From the sequence record PP496438.1: 64,000 nucleotides of DNA. One strand, written 5' to 3'. Numbering within the stretch: the stretch's first letter is position 1; the number at the start of each line of letters is the position of its first letter. The notes beneath the pieces are model-generated. The model did not search any database, was not told the origin of the DNA, and saw nothing but the letters and a program-made list of their open reading frames with translations. Made by a program: the position numbers and the translations under genes. Below are positions 9,649 to 19,378 of the stretch, piece by piece.

Positions 9649-10039
9649 TCAGGAACATGCCGTCCGAGATAGCATTCCTGAGAAGCTGGCTGTACAACGC
9701 CGACTGGAAGGTGAGTTCCGCATCACCCACATCCTGATCCTTGACCGGTACCTGGAGTGGTTGAAGGATCGAAACCTTCCAGTGTATTCCGACGAAGATC
9801 TACGTCCACTGGATAATCTGTTCCACGAATACCCGTTCAATGGGGGTCACTTCCCTCAGAACTATAGTTTATTAATTGCAGCGTTCAGTAGAGAGTACTG
9901 GCGCTTGTTCGTAGCAGAAACCGACATCGAAGCTGACCTGACTTCGGTGCTGGGGATCCCGCCGAGATTGTTTCAGCAACTCAGCACACTCAGGTTACAG
10001 CTAGTCCGCAGACACCACACTCCGAATTACCGCAAATGA
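9605..10039 (+). CDS. hypothetical protein
   Basis: 144-aa ORF filling the gap between neighbours; ATGA coupling downstream. Confidence 0.55.
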   Translation: MSKAERRPQAIVQLDQEHAVRDSIPEKLAVQRRLEGEFRITHILILDRYLEWLKDRNLPVYSDEDLRPLDNLFHEYPFNGGHFPQNYSLLIAAFSREYWRLFVAETDIEADLTSVLGIPPRLFQQLSTLRLQLVRRHHTPNYRK

Positions 10040-10722
10040 GGTTGACCATGAAATTTGTACCTAAAGCCATTGAACACCGCGACATCGATCCCACCGCACG
10101 AGAGTTGTGGGTTCTCAACACCACCAAGAAGCCAGCGTCGGGTGACGTGTTCTTCACCGTGCCACGTATCCGAGGCAATGGCATGGATGACGTGCAGGTG
10201 ATCAAGAGCTGGGCACCGCAGAACCTGTGTGACCAAGCGTCCGCCGGTCAGCTCATGGACTCCACCGAGTTCCGTAAGATGATGACCTACGGGAACATCA
10301 TCGTCATCAGCCCGGAGGATGCGCAGAAGATCATCAGCAAGCGCCCAAGCGAGTTTCAGGAAGAAGTCAAGCGCATCCTGAACCGTCGTCAGCGTCAGAT
10401 CGATGTACAAGACGCAGGTGGCCGTGTAGCTGCACCTGCGTACAGCAGCGGCCACGATCACATCAACGAACAAGCGGCCGACGACCTGGACATGAAAGTT
10501 CAGAGCCTGATGCAGCCGATGGAAGAAGGGGAAACAATCAGCGCCGAGGAAGAGACGAGACTGATCAACACCCTGCGCACCATGGAAGATGATGATGAGC
10601 TGGGTCCAGTTGAGACCAAGTTCATTCAGAAAATAGCCAAGAAGGCGGGCAAGAAGAAACTCCTGCGCTACATCAACGAAGTCATTCGTCAGAGCGTTGA
10701 CGACGAAGAAGACGATGACTGA
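10036..10722 (+). CDS. hypothetical protein
   Basis: 228 aa, strong codon bias, followed by a terminator. Confidence 0.75.
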   Translation: MRLTMKFVPKAIEHRDIDPTARELWVLNTTKKPASGDVFFTVPRIRGNGMDDVQVIKSWAPQNLCDQASAGQLMDSTEFRKMMTYGNIIVISPEDAQKIISKRPSEFQEEVKRILNRRQRQIDVQDAGGRVAAPAYSSGHDHINEQAADDLDMKVQSLMQPMEEGETISAEEETRLINTLRTMEDDDELGPVETKFIQKIAKKAGKKKLLRYINEVIRQSVDDEEDDD

Positions 10723-10742
10723 TACGCAGCGGCAGTAAGTTA

Positions 10743-10767
10743 GGGGTGCCGAGAGGTGCCCCTTTTT
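10743..10767 (+). terminator. intrinsic terminator
   Basis: GGGGTGCC-GAGA-GGTGCCCC stem (two G.U pairs) followed by TTTTT. Confidence 0.7.
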
Positions 10768-10785
10768 ATTCATCTGGAGAAAGCT

Positions 10786-10980
10786 ATGAGCAGGTATGAA
10801 CTGACTACTGCGCAGTATCGCCGGGTAGTTGCCCACCTGATGTACTGGCAGCGGGGACTTAATGAGGCCATGGATGATTGTGGTCTACCGCGTAGTGAAC
10901 GGGAAGATGTAATCGGAGCACTCGCTAGCGCCGGGTATACCTACAACGAAGACTCGGACACGCTTGTCTATTCGTGTTAG
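10786..10980 (+). CDS. small hypothetical protein (64 aa)
   Basis: GGAG RBS before ATG 10786 (MSRYELTT...). Confidence 0.6.
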   Translation: MSRYELTTAQYRRVVAHLMYWQRGLNEAMDDCGLPRSEREDVIGALASAGYTYNEDSDTLVYSC

Positions 10981-11091
10981 TACGGGGTGCCGTAGGATCG
11001 CGCAGGCGCCACGATGCTCCATGGACCGCTACACTGACCAATGGAACCCCGGAAAACCCGGCCTGCAGCGGCTGGCGCGGATTCCGCCCAC

Positions 11092-11128
11092 AAAAAAAGC
11101 CCCGTCCAATACCGGCACGGGGCTTTTT
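11092..11128. terminator. bidirectional intrinsic terminator
   Basis: A7-GCCCCGT...ACGGGGC-T5 between convergent genes. Confidence 0.8.
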
Positions 11129-11152
11129 CACCTCACTACGTTACCGGATGCC

Positions 11153-11668
11153 TTACAGCGGCGATTCGGTGAACGTGTCGATAGAGAGGGTGAGCGAGGG
11201 TCGAACGATGTCCGAGTTCTCACCATCCAGCTGGCCGCCTGCAGGATCGTAATCCTCCAAGAAGCAACCTTTGATGATGTACACGTACACCGGGATATCC
11301 TGACGGTTCTTACGAACCAACTGGAAGATCGCCTTCACGTCAGCGTTACGCGCTTGAACACCGTTCTGGATGTTGAAGCACTGTTGACGCCACTGAGCAA
11401 GCGCCTGGAGGAAGCGATAATCCGCAGTCTCCGCAGCGATCATGTTCAGGTTGGGGGTAGCCGCCATGATGCCTGGCTGGCGGATACGAATACCGCGAAT
11501 CCAGACATCGGTGGTTTGCCCTGCGTCGGTCTTGGGAACGTCGGTAGCCAGCAGCCGAATGTTCAGGTCGGTAGGCATGTCAACACCTACCGGGGACTTG
11601 AGGCATGTCAAGTCCCATTTGTGCATGGGGGCGAAGTCCCCCAACGCATTGATCTGTTCATATTGCAT
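11153..11668 (-). CDS. tail tube protein (T4 gp19-like)
   Basis: 171 aa directly downstream of the sheath; QWRQQC...IKGCFLEDYD...LTLSIDTF pattern. Confidence 0.85.
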   Translation of the reverse strand: MQYEQINALGDFAPMHKWDLTCLKSPVGVDMPTDLNIRLLATDVPKTDAGQTTDVWIRGIRIRQPGIMAATPNLNMIAAETADYRFLQALAQWRQQCFNIQNGVQARNADVKAIFQLVRKNRQDIPVYVYIIKGCFLEDYDPAGGQLDGENSDIVRPSLTLSIDTFTESPL

Positions 11669-11680
11669 GGTCAGCCCTCC

Positions 11681-14524
11681 TTACACACGGCCGAAAGCAT
11701 CGTCGAAAGACATGCCGTAGCGGGTAACGACAGTCTTGAATCGGATGAACTCAGCGTCGAGGGTTGGCTTAACGAACAGCCACACGTTGATCGTCTGATT
11801 CTCGATATCGTTGTCGCCGTTGTTGGACGTGTCGCAGACGGTGTAGTAATCGTACACACCTTTCCGCGCTTTGATCCCGTCCATGTAATCGTCGATCAGG
11901 ACCTTGATCTCGTTCCGCACTTCCGGCGTGTTCAGTTCGAACACGTAATCTTCGAGTGCTTCCTTGATGGCAGGTTCGATCACGATCAGCAACAGCCGAA
12001 CGTTCAGACTGCGAGTTGCGGATTGAGTTGGGGACAGAGTCCGTTGACCCCAGACCACGATGCCTTTCCCTTTGGCGAACCAAATCGGGTTGACCTCGAT
12101 GTCGTAGAGGAAGTCCATCTCCCCTTCGGTGAAGCGGATCAGCGTGTCGAGTACGTTCAGAACGCCACGACGGAAACCGGCTGGTGGATACCAGAGCTCG
12201 GAGTTCGCGCCAGTCTTGCTGATCACCGCGCCGACGAAACCATCCGGCGACACGAAGATGTCGCGGTTGTTGTACTTGTCAGTAACCTTGACGTGCGGTG
12301 CATACAGCGCAGCGTACGAAGTGTTCGCGTTCAGAACCGACTGGCGGTAGTTCGCGATCTGATTCAAGTAGTCCGAGGACGCCTCAGCAGCGTACGGGCA
12401 AGACAGGATAGCTACGCAGTCCATGCGCTGTTCTGCCAGTGCGATCAATGCCTTGGCATACGCTGCCGTAGCGCGGCCACCATCCAGAAGGAGGGTGATT
12501 GGCAGACCTTGCAGTTTGCCCAGTGCCTTGATCATCTCGGAGTCGGTCACCGCAGTGCCGTCATCGCCGCCGCCTACGTAGATACCGTAAGGAGCGGAGC
12601 CGTCGTCTTTGGTGATCAGGGAAGCATCACCTGCGTCCACGGTGAACGTGATGGTCACCTTGGCAGCGGCAGCAGTAACGGTGTCTACCGTCGCAACGCT
12701 GTCGTACGAAGCAGCACCCAGAAGGGCAGCAACCTCGGCAGCGGTATCCGCGCTGTACGGAATGGTAACCTTGACGCCAGCCAGCTCGACAACCTCGTCA
12801 TTGCCGGAAGTGTTACCCGACAGAACGATGAAGGATTGTTGCTCTGCTACTGCGTCCACGCCTGCCACGAAGCGGCGGACAATGGAGCAAGACGTGGTGC
12901 TGATCGACGAAGGGGCGGTCTTGACCGGCAGGTTCGCGTCGTGGGCAGTGGTCTTGTAGGTGACCAATACCTTGGCACCATCAGCGGCTACTGAGGCGAA
13001 GTCCGCTACAGTGCTGTAGTTGCTGTTCGCGATGGATGCAGCAACGTCTGCCAAGTTGGTGCTGGCAGCAGTAACCTGAGTGACGACACCGTTCAGAGTG
13101 AAGTCTTCGACCGCGCCCGAGTTGTTAGCGGCGTTGACGTTGAACGACACGATCTTGGGTTTCTCAGCCTGCGGTGCCACGTACGGCTGGGTTACAGCAG
13201 GTGCGCCGAAAGTGGTGGTATTGCCACCTGGGTTGGTCAGGCTGGTAGCCGCGTTCTCAGCAGCCACTTTGTACGTCACCTTGACCGTGGTGTTGTTGAC
13301 CACAGACACGGACTGGATCAGCGTGTCAGCAGCATACGACGCCGAGGCAATCGCAGCAGCTACCGCAGCAGCAGTGGTCGCGGCCAGAGGCACGGTGACC
13401 GTGGTGCTACCCAGAGTGAACTGTTCGTCCGCACCCGAGCTGTTGCCCGAGTTGACCAAGAAGGTCCACGTCTTACCAACACCTTGAACCGCAGGGGCGT
13501 AAGCCTGAACCACGGTGAAGCCGCTGGTACGAACACTCTCTGGCTTGCCAACGGTGAACGTCGCTACCGAGGCCGCGCTCTCTTTCATGGTCAGGGTGAC
13601 CACGGCGCCGGAAGCCTCGACACGATCCACTGCCGGAATGTTGTTCCACTCTGGCGACGTAGCAATGACCGAAGCCAATGCAGACGTGGTAGTGGCATTC
13701 GCCGGGACGTCGATGTTGATGGTCTGGCCAGCGCCGGTGACCTTCAGCTTGAGCACTTGACCCGTGCTGTTACCAGATTGCACGGTGAACGACTGTTGTT
13801 GAACGGTCGCAGCCTTGCTGGCAACGAAGTCGCGGGTTTGAGTCAGGTCGCCGAACGACACCGTGGTAACCTTGGTGTTTTTCGGGAACAGCTTCTCGTC
13901 CGCGATTGGGTTGGAGACCCAACGGATGTAAGCCGACGACTGCAGAGCGGTTTCGACGTACATCGATTGGCCCAAGCCGTTGACCGCGCCTTGCAAGCGG
14001 GACACCTCGAACGACTCGACCAGCGCGCCGTAGAAGTACACACGAATGCGGAACGGGTTGTACGAAGCAGTCTGCTTGGTGATACGGTCAATGATCACCG
14101 AGATGTTCGACGACCATACACCTGGGCTCGATGCGTAGATCAAACCAGCATCATCCGCAGTGAACGGATACGACTCTGGGTCGTCCAGGTCTTGGCTCGG
14201 AACGCGAACGTCCTGATCCGAAGTGGAGACCGGGATGATCAAGCCGCCAGCCAGCGTCTGTGAACCGGCGCGGATTACCCACAGCTTGTTGGAAGCCTGA
14301 AGGAATGTCGCGGCGGAATACATGGCCAGGTCGGCACCAATACGGATACTGGAGTTCTCCGTATAACTTTGAATCAGATCCTGCTCGGAAGTCGTCAACT
14401 TCGCTTCTTCCTGCGACCCTCGCGGGGCACCTGGAAGTACGATTGCGCCGTAAACGCCCGGCGAACTCGCAACCGAAGTCGCGAGATTGATTTCCGAGAG
14501 GGTTACCTTTGCTGCACCACTCAT
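11681..14524 (-). CDS. contractile tail sheath protein with large repeat insertion
   Basis: C-terminal sheath motifs YAPHVKV, SPDGFVG, WYPPAGFRRG, VVWGQRTL, LNVRLLL and FELNTPEVR. Confidence 0.92.
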   Translation of the reverse strand: MSGAAKVTLSEINLATSVASSPGVYGAIVLPGAPRGSQEEAKLTTSEQDLIQSYTENSSIRIGADLAMYSAATFLQASNKLWVIRAGSQTLAGGLIIPVSTSDQDVRVPSQDLDDPESYPFTADDAGLIYASSPGVWSSNISVIIDRITKQTASYNPFRIRVYFYGALVESFEVSRLQGAVNGLGQSMYVETALQSSAYIRWVSNPIADEKLFPKNTKVTTVSFGDLTQTRDFVASKAATVQQQSFTVQSGNSTGQVLKLKVTGAGQTINIDVPANATTTSALASVIATSPEWNNIPAVDRVEASGAVVTLTMKESAASVATFTVGKPESVRTSGFTVVQAYAPAVQGVGKTWTFLVNSGNSSGADEQFTLGSTTVTVPLAATTAAAVAAAIASASYAADTLIQSVSVVNNTTVKVTYKVAAENAATSLTNPGGNTTTFGAPAVTQPYVAPQAEKPKIVSFNVNAANNSGAVEDFTLNGVVTQVTAASTNLADVAASIANSNYSTVADFASVAADGAKVLVTYKTTAHDANLPVKTAPSSISTTSCSIVRRFVAGVDAVAEQQSFIVLSGNTSGNDEVVELAGVKVTIPYSADTAAEVAALLGAASYDSVATVDTVTAAAAKVTITFTVDAGDASLITKDDGSAPYGIYVGGGDDGTAVTDSEMIKALGKLQGLPITLLLDGGRATAAYAKALIALAEQRMDCVAILSCPYAAEASSDYLNQIANYRQSVLNANTSYAALYAPHVKVTDKYNNRDIFVSPDGFVGAVISKTGANSELWYPPAGFRRGVLNVLDTLIRFTEGEMDFLYDIEVNPIWFAKGKGIVVWGQRTLSPTQSATRSLNVRLLLIVIEPAIKEALEDYVFELNTPEVRNEIKVLIDDYMDGIKARKGVYDYYTVCDTSNNGDNDIENQTINVWLFVKPTLDAEFIRFKTVVTRYGMSFDDAFGRV

Positions 14525-14545
14525 AGTGATTCCCTCGATGGAGTG

Positions 14546-14734
14546 TTAAGCCTGAACTTGTTCAGTAACCTTGCCCGGCAACGGGTAGGTCAACTGATCA
14601 CGATCCAGACGTTTCAGGACGCCGAGCGGCGGCAGGGTAACGGAATCTTTTCCCTCTGGACCATAGGCCAGCTGGATGGGGTGCTTCGCCGTCGAATACA
14701 GATTGACGTAAACTTTTTCTTGATCAGACATCAC
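14546..14734 (-). CDS. small hypothetical protein
   Basis: 62 aa with GGAG RBS, in the structural operon. Confidence 0.6.
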   Translation of the reverse strand: MMSDQEKVYVNLYSTAKHPIQLAYGPEGKDSVTLPPLGVLKRLDRDQLTYPLPGKVTEQVQA

Positions 14735-14749
14735 ATCGTCTCCTAACCG

Positions 14750-15436
14750 TTATGGCGTCGGGGTCAGATCTATTTCCTTGCGGAACAGTACCTCGCCCTT
14801 ACCGTTTTCACCTTCATCAAGCTGGGCAACGAAGATAATCTTCGAGCTGTTCTTGAGCTTCGTGTCGTACTTGCCCCCATCACTGGAGACATAACCGTGG
14901 ACAGTGATGTCTACGTTGAACACGAACGCCGATACGTCCTGACCCGCCTTCGACTTGGGAGGCAATGTCAGGTCACCGCCGACTTGAGACTCAATCGTGA
15001 ACGGGATACCTCGGTACTCCAGCGTGAAATCCAGCAGGCTTAAATGCTGCATGAACTTCGCGTCACTGATGAACTTTAGCGCCTTCAGGTAATCGTCGGT
15101 AGCGAACTCCAGAACCATACCCATTGTAACCGGGATGATACTGATTGCGTACTCTCGATCCCCCTCGTTGATGGCAAAGCGATTAACAATCCCTCGCGCT
15201 GTCACATTGGGGCGGTGTCGATTGGAATCACCTACGGTGCCGTAAGTCAGATAAGCGAAAGGGAACGTGGGTGCCTTTTCCTTTTTCTGAACGAACACAT
15301 CGTAAGCTTCTTCCCGCGTTCGAATCATGACGCTGCCTTTAGCTAGGTCCAGCCCTTCTTCGACACGACGGCATACACCCGCCAAGACGAACACCTCGAT
15401 GGGCTTGATCCTTGTACTTGCTGAAGACTTAGCCAT
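14750..15436 (-). CDS. putative tail completion/terminator protein
   Basis: 228 aa between capsid and sheath genes; FPFAYL motif; function inferred from position. Confidence 0.5.
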   Translation of the reverse strand: MAKSSASTRIKPIEVFVLAGVCRRVEEGLDLAKGSVMIRTREEAYDVFVQKKEKAPTFPFAYLTYGTVGDSNRHRPNVTARGIVNRFAINEGDREYAISIIPVTMGMVLEFATDDYLKALKFISDAKFMQHLSLLDFTLEYRGIPFTIESQVGGDLTLPPKSKAGQDVSAFVFNVDITVHGYVSSDGGKYDTKLKNSSKIIFVAQLDEGENGKGEVLFRKEIDLTPTP

Positions 15437-15447
15437 TTTCTACCTCG

Positions 15448-15483
15448 AAAAAAGGGTGGGTGGGCGGTAACACCCACCCACCC
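15448..15483 (-). terminator. intrinsic terminator after the major capsid gene
   Basis: On the minus strand: GGGTGGGTGGGTG...CGCCCACCCACCC-TTTTTT. Confidence 0.8.
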
Positions 15484-15505
15484 TATATCACCTGACGTGC
15501 TGTGG

Positions 15506-16594
15506 TTACTGGCGGATAGCCTTAGTCACAGTGCGAGAGTTGATGATGGACATCGCGGTCAGCTGGCTCATGGTCCAACCACGACCTGGGAAGCGCTCGG
15601 TGGTCTCGTCGATAGGGCGAGCCTCGATGCCATCACGGTCGGAGTACACACCATGGTTCTCTGGCGAGGAAACCACGTACATCTCGCCACGGCCCAGCAC
15701 CTTGTGCTGCGAATGACGGAACTGGTCAGTGATCACTTCCAGGCCGTACACGTTGCCGATGTTGCCGGTTTGAATCAGCTCTTCGGCGTACGAGGTGGCG
15801 TTGAAAGTGTTGACCCAGCTTTCTTCGCTGATGATGTCGGTCAGGATGTCCGACGAGATCAACCAGAATGCCGCTGGCAGGCCCCACTGGGTGATGTTAC
15901 TCACCATGTTGGCCAGAGCGCGGGTGGTCACTTGACCGGCGAGGATGGTCTGCTCGTTGGCTACGCCGACCGACGCATCGGCCAGACGTTTCCACAGGCG
16001 GTCTTCCGCAACCATGAACGCTTCCAGCGTGGAGATGTACGTACGGTCGAGCAGAGTGGCCGGGCCGCGAGCCAGGTCTTTCTGTTCGATGTACGGACGC
16101 GCTTGGAGGTAAAACTCTTGCGGGTAGTACACGTTGTCGCGAACCAGGTGGGTCGCAACTTGGGCAGGACCAGTCGAGAGGACCGCGACGGACTGCTTCA
16201 TGTCCACGGTGACTTTCGGCTCTTGGCCTTGTTCCAGTTCCATGCGTTGCAGCAGACGACGTGCGAAGCCGTCACGGTTGCCGGTCACTTGCATCTCGGC
16301 GGCGAACACTTCGCCCAGTGCAACCAGCTCTTCCTTGCTGGCGAATGCGGCTTCAACCATCTCACGCTTGCGAGCGGCAGCAGCCGAAGCAGTTTCAACC
16401 TGCTTCTCGGTGGTCAGCTGGTGGCCGCTCTTGGCCGCAGCTGCGAGGGTCTGGAGCATGCCGAACAGTTCTTTGTTCGAACTGGCGTTGAACTCGCCGT
16501 TCTGGCCAACCAGCTTACCGCCGCCTGCCATGGACAGTTCGGTGATGATGCTCGGACGGCTGACGGACAGCCCTTTAAGTTGCAATGCTTTCAT
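15506..16594 (-). CDS. major capsid protein (HK97 fold; RSL1/PaBG-like from memory)
   Basis: 362 aa, extreme codon bias, own terminator; AFMVAEDRLWKRLAD and VVSSPENHGVYS segments recalled from this phage group. Confidence 0.8.
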   Translation of the reverse strand: MKALQLKGLSVSRPSIITELSMAGGGKLVGQNGEFNASSNKELFGMLQTLAAAAKSGHQLTTEKQVETASAAAARKREMVEAAFASKEELVALGEVFAAEMQVTGNRDGFARRLLQRMELEQGQEPKVTVDMKQSVAVLSTGPAQVATHLVRDNVYYPQEFYLQARPYIEQKDLARGPATLLDRTYISTLEAFMVAEDRLWKRLADASVGVANEQTILAGQVTTRALANMVSNITQWGLPAAFWLISSDILTDIISEESWVNTFNATSYAEELIQTGNIGNVYGLEVITDQFRHSQHKVLGRGEMYVVSSPENHGVYSDRDGIEARPIDETTERFPGRGWTMSQLTAMSIINSRTVTKAIRQ

Positions 16595-16657
16595 GAGGTT
16601 TTAATCCTGTGCAGGAAAATCAGAAGACCTTGTCTGTATTGATAAGGCTAACTAGCC

Positions 16658-17365
16658 TTACAGCAGGACCAGTTTCAGGAACGGATAGCCTTCATCCGGG
16701 CCTTTCAGAACAGCGACGCCTTGCAGCACGGTGCCGTTGCCACCGCTGGTGAACAGGCCGTTCGCGCCGAGGGTGACCACGGTCTCAGGGGACCAGTCAA
16801 CGTTGGTGTCGAATTCGGAAGTCGCCAGCTCGCCTTTGGTGATGGCGGTGGTAATACCGAGGAAAGCAGCGGCGGTACGACCGGCAGACTGTTCGCCTTG
16901 CAGCGAGGCAGCTTCTACGACGGTCGGGGTGTAGCGATAGCCAGCCTGAATCGCTTGGTCTTTCTGTGCAGCGTTCAGCGTGACGGTCTTGCCGTCCGAC
17001 GCGAGGCTGAACTTGCCAGCGGTGGCAGCATCACCAGCGGCCAGCGTGGTCTTCTGACCGTTGGCGGCGGTAGCTACCAGACGCAGCGAACCGGCGTCGG
17101 CGACAGCCTTGTCCAGCACAAGAGTAGTGCTGTTACGGTTGGCTTCGAAACCTTGCAGCTTCGGCAGGAAGTCCGGGAACTGGGTCTGGTTGATGTTGAT
17201 GCCGAAGAAGCGCTCACCGGCAACACCAGTGGAGGGCTTGACTGCCAACTCACCGTCAGCGCCGGTAGTGATAACCAGAGCGCAACCTTCGTTGGTCAAT
17301 TCGATCCCTTCCGCCACTTGGACAGGTTGGGATTCGCGCAGATGAACGACGTCGAAACTGAGCAT
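16658..17365 (-). CDS. putative head decoration/structural protein
   Basis: 235 aa, A/G/T-rich, highly biased codons, immediately upstream of the capsid gene. Confidence 0.6.
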   Translation of the reverse strand: MLSFDVVHLRESQPVQVAEGIELTNEGCALVITTGADGELAVKPSTGVAGERFFGININQTQFPDFLPKLQGFEANRNSTTLVLDKAVADAGSLRLVATAANGQKTTLAAGDAATAGKFSLASDGKTVTLNAAQKDQAIQAGYRYTPTVVEAASLQGEQSAGRTAAAFLGITTAITKGELATSEFDTNVDWSPETVVTLGANGLFTSGGNGTVLQGVAVLKGPDEGYPFLKLVLL

Positions 17366-17426
17366 GGTACGTTCCTCAAAGGAAGGATAGATAAAAACGG
17401 ATGACTGTCTCGGGTTTAATCAACCC

Positions 17427-18959
17427 TTAACTGATGCGGAACAGTCCGCCTTGAGCGAGTTCACGCACACGCGAGTTGCCCTTCTGAACAGGTTCATTCA
17501 GGAAGGATGCGGTGCTTACCTGGCGCAACGGGGTCTCGAGTTGGGTTTCCAGCTGCGCAGTAGAAGCCTGACGGCCAGTGCTGCGAGTCGAGGAACCTAC
17601 CGGAGTAGTGGACGCGATGGTTTCCGCCAGATCATTCAGGCTGCTCGGATCACGGGCTGCCAGTGTCTGAGCCAGCGCGAGGACGTTTTGGTTATGTTCG
17701 TCTTCGGTTTCGGCCAAAGCGCTCTCAACCATGGCTTGCGCGTTCTGTACACCGGCGGTGGTCAGATCGGCAATCAGGCGTTCCTTCACTTTGTGTGGGG
17801 TGTTACGGAAGAACCCACGGGTCATACCAGCTGTCGCCAGCTGAAGGCCATGCAGCAGTCGTTCGGTCTGATCGCCAACGGTGTCGGCGACTTCGGCGGC
17901 AGCGACAGCCTTAGCCTTTTCTTGCACGAATGCCATCGCCATCGCGGCAGGGGCCTTGAAGCTGTTACGCTGGAAGCCGTAGCTAGCCAGAGTTGCGTCC
18001 AAGCCGTCCTTGTTGAACGTCTGGGCGATTGCTTCCATGTAAGCTGGCTCGCCGAAGATATCGGCGTTGGCGGTTTCTGCGGTCTTGTGCAGGACAGCCA
18101 CGGTCTGATCGTTGACGTTAGCCAAGATCTTGCCGTTCAGCGGGATGAATTCAGCAGTCGCGTTTTCACTCAGGCCAACCGAGGACAGCGCTTCGAGAAC
18201 GTCGATGTTCATATCTTCGGGCTCGTCACATTGGTCGGGGTTCTGCGTGGACTGGATGACTTCGGCTTCTTCAACCGGTTCGTCGTCCGACTCCTCTTCT
18301 TCTTCCTCGTCGTCAGCTTCGGCGGACGCAACCACCGGCTTCTGCTTCGGCATGATGATCATCGGATTGTCCTCGGCGGAAGCTTCTTCCTCCAAGTCCT
18401 CGTCAGACTCATTCGATTCGTCGTCTTCCAGTTCTTCGTCGTCGGCGCTGGTGTCGTCATCGCTTAGATCCGAATCGTCTTCCGACTCTTCTTCATCATC
18501 AGCGCTGGCTTCTTCGGCGGGTTGATCGCCGTCCCATGCCCAATCGGCGTTCGCGTCTTCTTCGTCGGTAGCAGTGGTATCATCCTCTGCACCAGCGAGA
18601 GTTACGCTGGGGTTCAGTACCATCCCCGTACCGCATTCAACACAGCAGATCTCTACGTGGCCTTCTTTGTTCACTGGCATTTGCGCCAGCTCTTCATCGA
18701 ACATCACGTTAGCCACGGTGCACTGACGGCACTGCGCGCTGGTAAGGCTATCTTCTTCCGACTGGTTAAAGACGGAAGCAGTGATTGCCTCAGCACGCTG
18801 TTTCATGGCTGGACTGCCGCAGTGACCGCAGAACGGATCGCACCCCGCCAACGCTACCGTTTCCTCTTTGCAGTGACTGCACTGGTATGAAGCCAGTACA
18901 GCTTGCTTGAGGCTACGCATGGTTGGGGCGTGAGAAGCGATCATGGTGAGCTTCGGCAT
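17427..18959 (-). CDS. putative prohead scaffold/core protein (CxxC-rich N-terminus, acidic linker)
   Basis: GAGGAG RBS before ATG 18959; four CxxC pairs, a long D/E tract and a helical C-terminus; first gene of the head operon. Confidence 0.55.
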   Translation of the reverse strand: MPKLTMIASHAPTMRSLKQAVLASYQCSHCKEETVALAGCDPFCGHCGSPAMKQRAEAITASVFNQSEEDSLTSAQCRQCTVANVMFDEELAQMPVNKEGHVEICCVECGTGMVLNPSVTLAGAEDDTTATDEEDANADWAWDGDQPAEEASADDEEESEDDSDLSDDDTSADDEELEDDESNESDEDLEEEASAEDNPMIIMPKQKPVVASAEADDEEEEEESDDEPVEEAEVIQSTQNPDQCDEPEDMNIDVLEALSSVGLSENATAEFIPLNGKILANVNDQTVAVLHKTAETANADIFGEPAYMEAIAQTFNKDGLDATLASYGFQRNSFKAPAAMAMAFVQEKAKAVAAAEVADTVGDQTERLLHGLQLATAGMTRGFFRNTPHKVKERLIADLTTAGVQNAQAMVESALAETEDEHNQNVLALAQTLAARDPSSLNDLAETIASTTPVGSSTRSTGRQASTAQLETQLETPLRQVSTASFLNEPVQKGNSRVRELAQGGLFRIS

Positions 18960-19101
18960 GCGAAGTGCTCCTCTTGCTGTCAATGGGCTGCTACATACTA
19001 TAAGCATGAGCAGATCTTCGAGCAGGCCACCTCGACGGTCCCTGCTACGGTAAACTCGGATTCACCCCTCCACGCGTATATAACGTTTTGGGAACAATTC
19101 A

Positions 19102-19111
19102 AATTACATAC
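19102..19111 (-). promoter_or_regulatory. candidate late promoter GTATGTAATT
   Basis: Identical to 8797-8806; upstream of the head/tail operon. Confidence 0.4.
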
Positions 19112-19286
19112 GACCAGAGTGCCATGGTGTCCATACCTGCGTCAAAACGCCCGTTTGCCATCATGTCGGGATATGCCCAGCCATATGAGTGCTAAGTCAT
19201 TGATTACCTTGACAATTTATTAGGGGGTATGTGGCCCCCTAATTCATGGAAATTAAGGTATTTTGGCTATATCTGCGTCAAAGTGC

Positions 19287-19315
19287 TTGACAAACGCTGC
19301 CGGGCACCGTATACT
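19287..19315 (+). promoter_or_regulatory. sigma70-type promoter
   Basis: TTGACA-17 nt-TATACT. Confidence 0.8.
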
Positions 19316-19378
19316 TCACGGGCGGGCTACTATTCCAGCCCGCTACGTCCATGCCCACCGGGGCACCAAGGAACCAAC

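Noticed and set aside
10964-12994. 676-aa plus-strand ORF (also 2498-3832, 15497-16642, 17451-18467, 32456-33856, 40606-42636, 45963-47306)
   Set aside because: These are antisense shadows of strongly codon-biased real genes; they have no RBS, no motifs and atypical composition.
19209-19245. Second TTGACA at 19209 as a sigma70 promoter
   Set aside because: No -10 element at 16-18 nt; it is followed instead by a TAGGGGG...CCCCCTA hairpin of unknown role.
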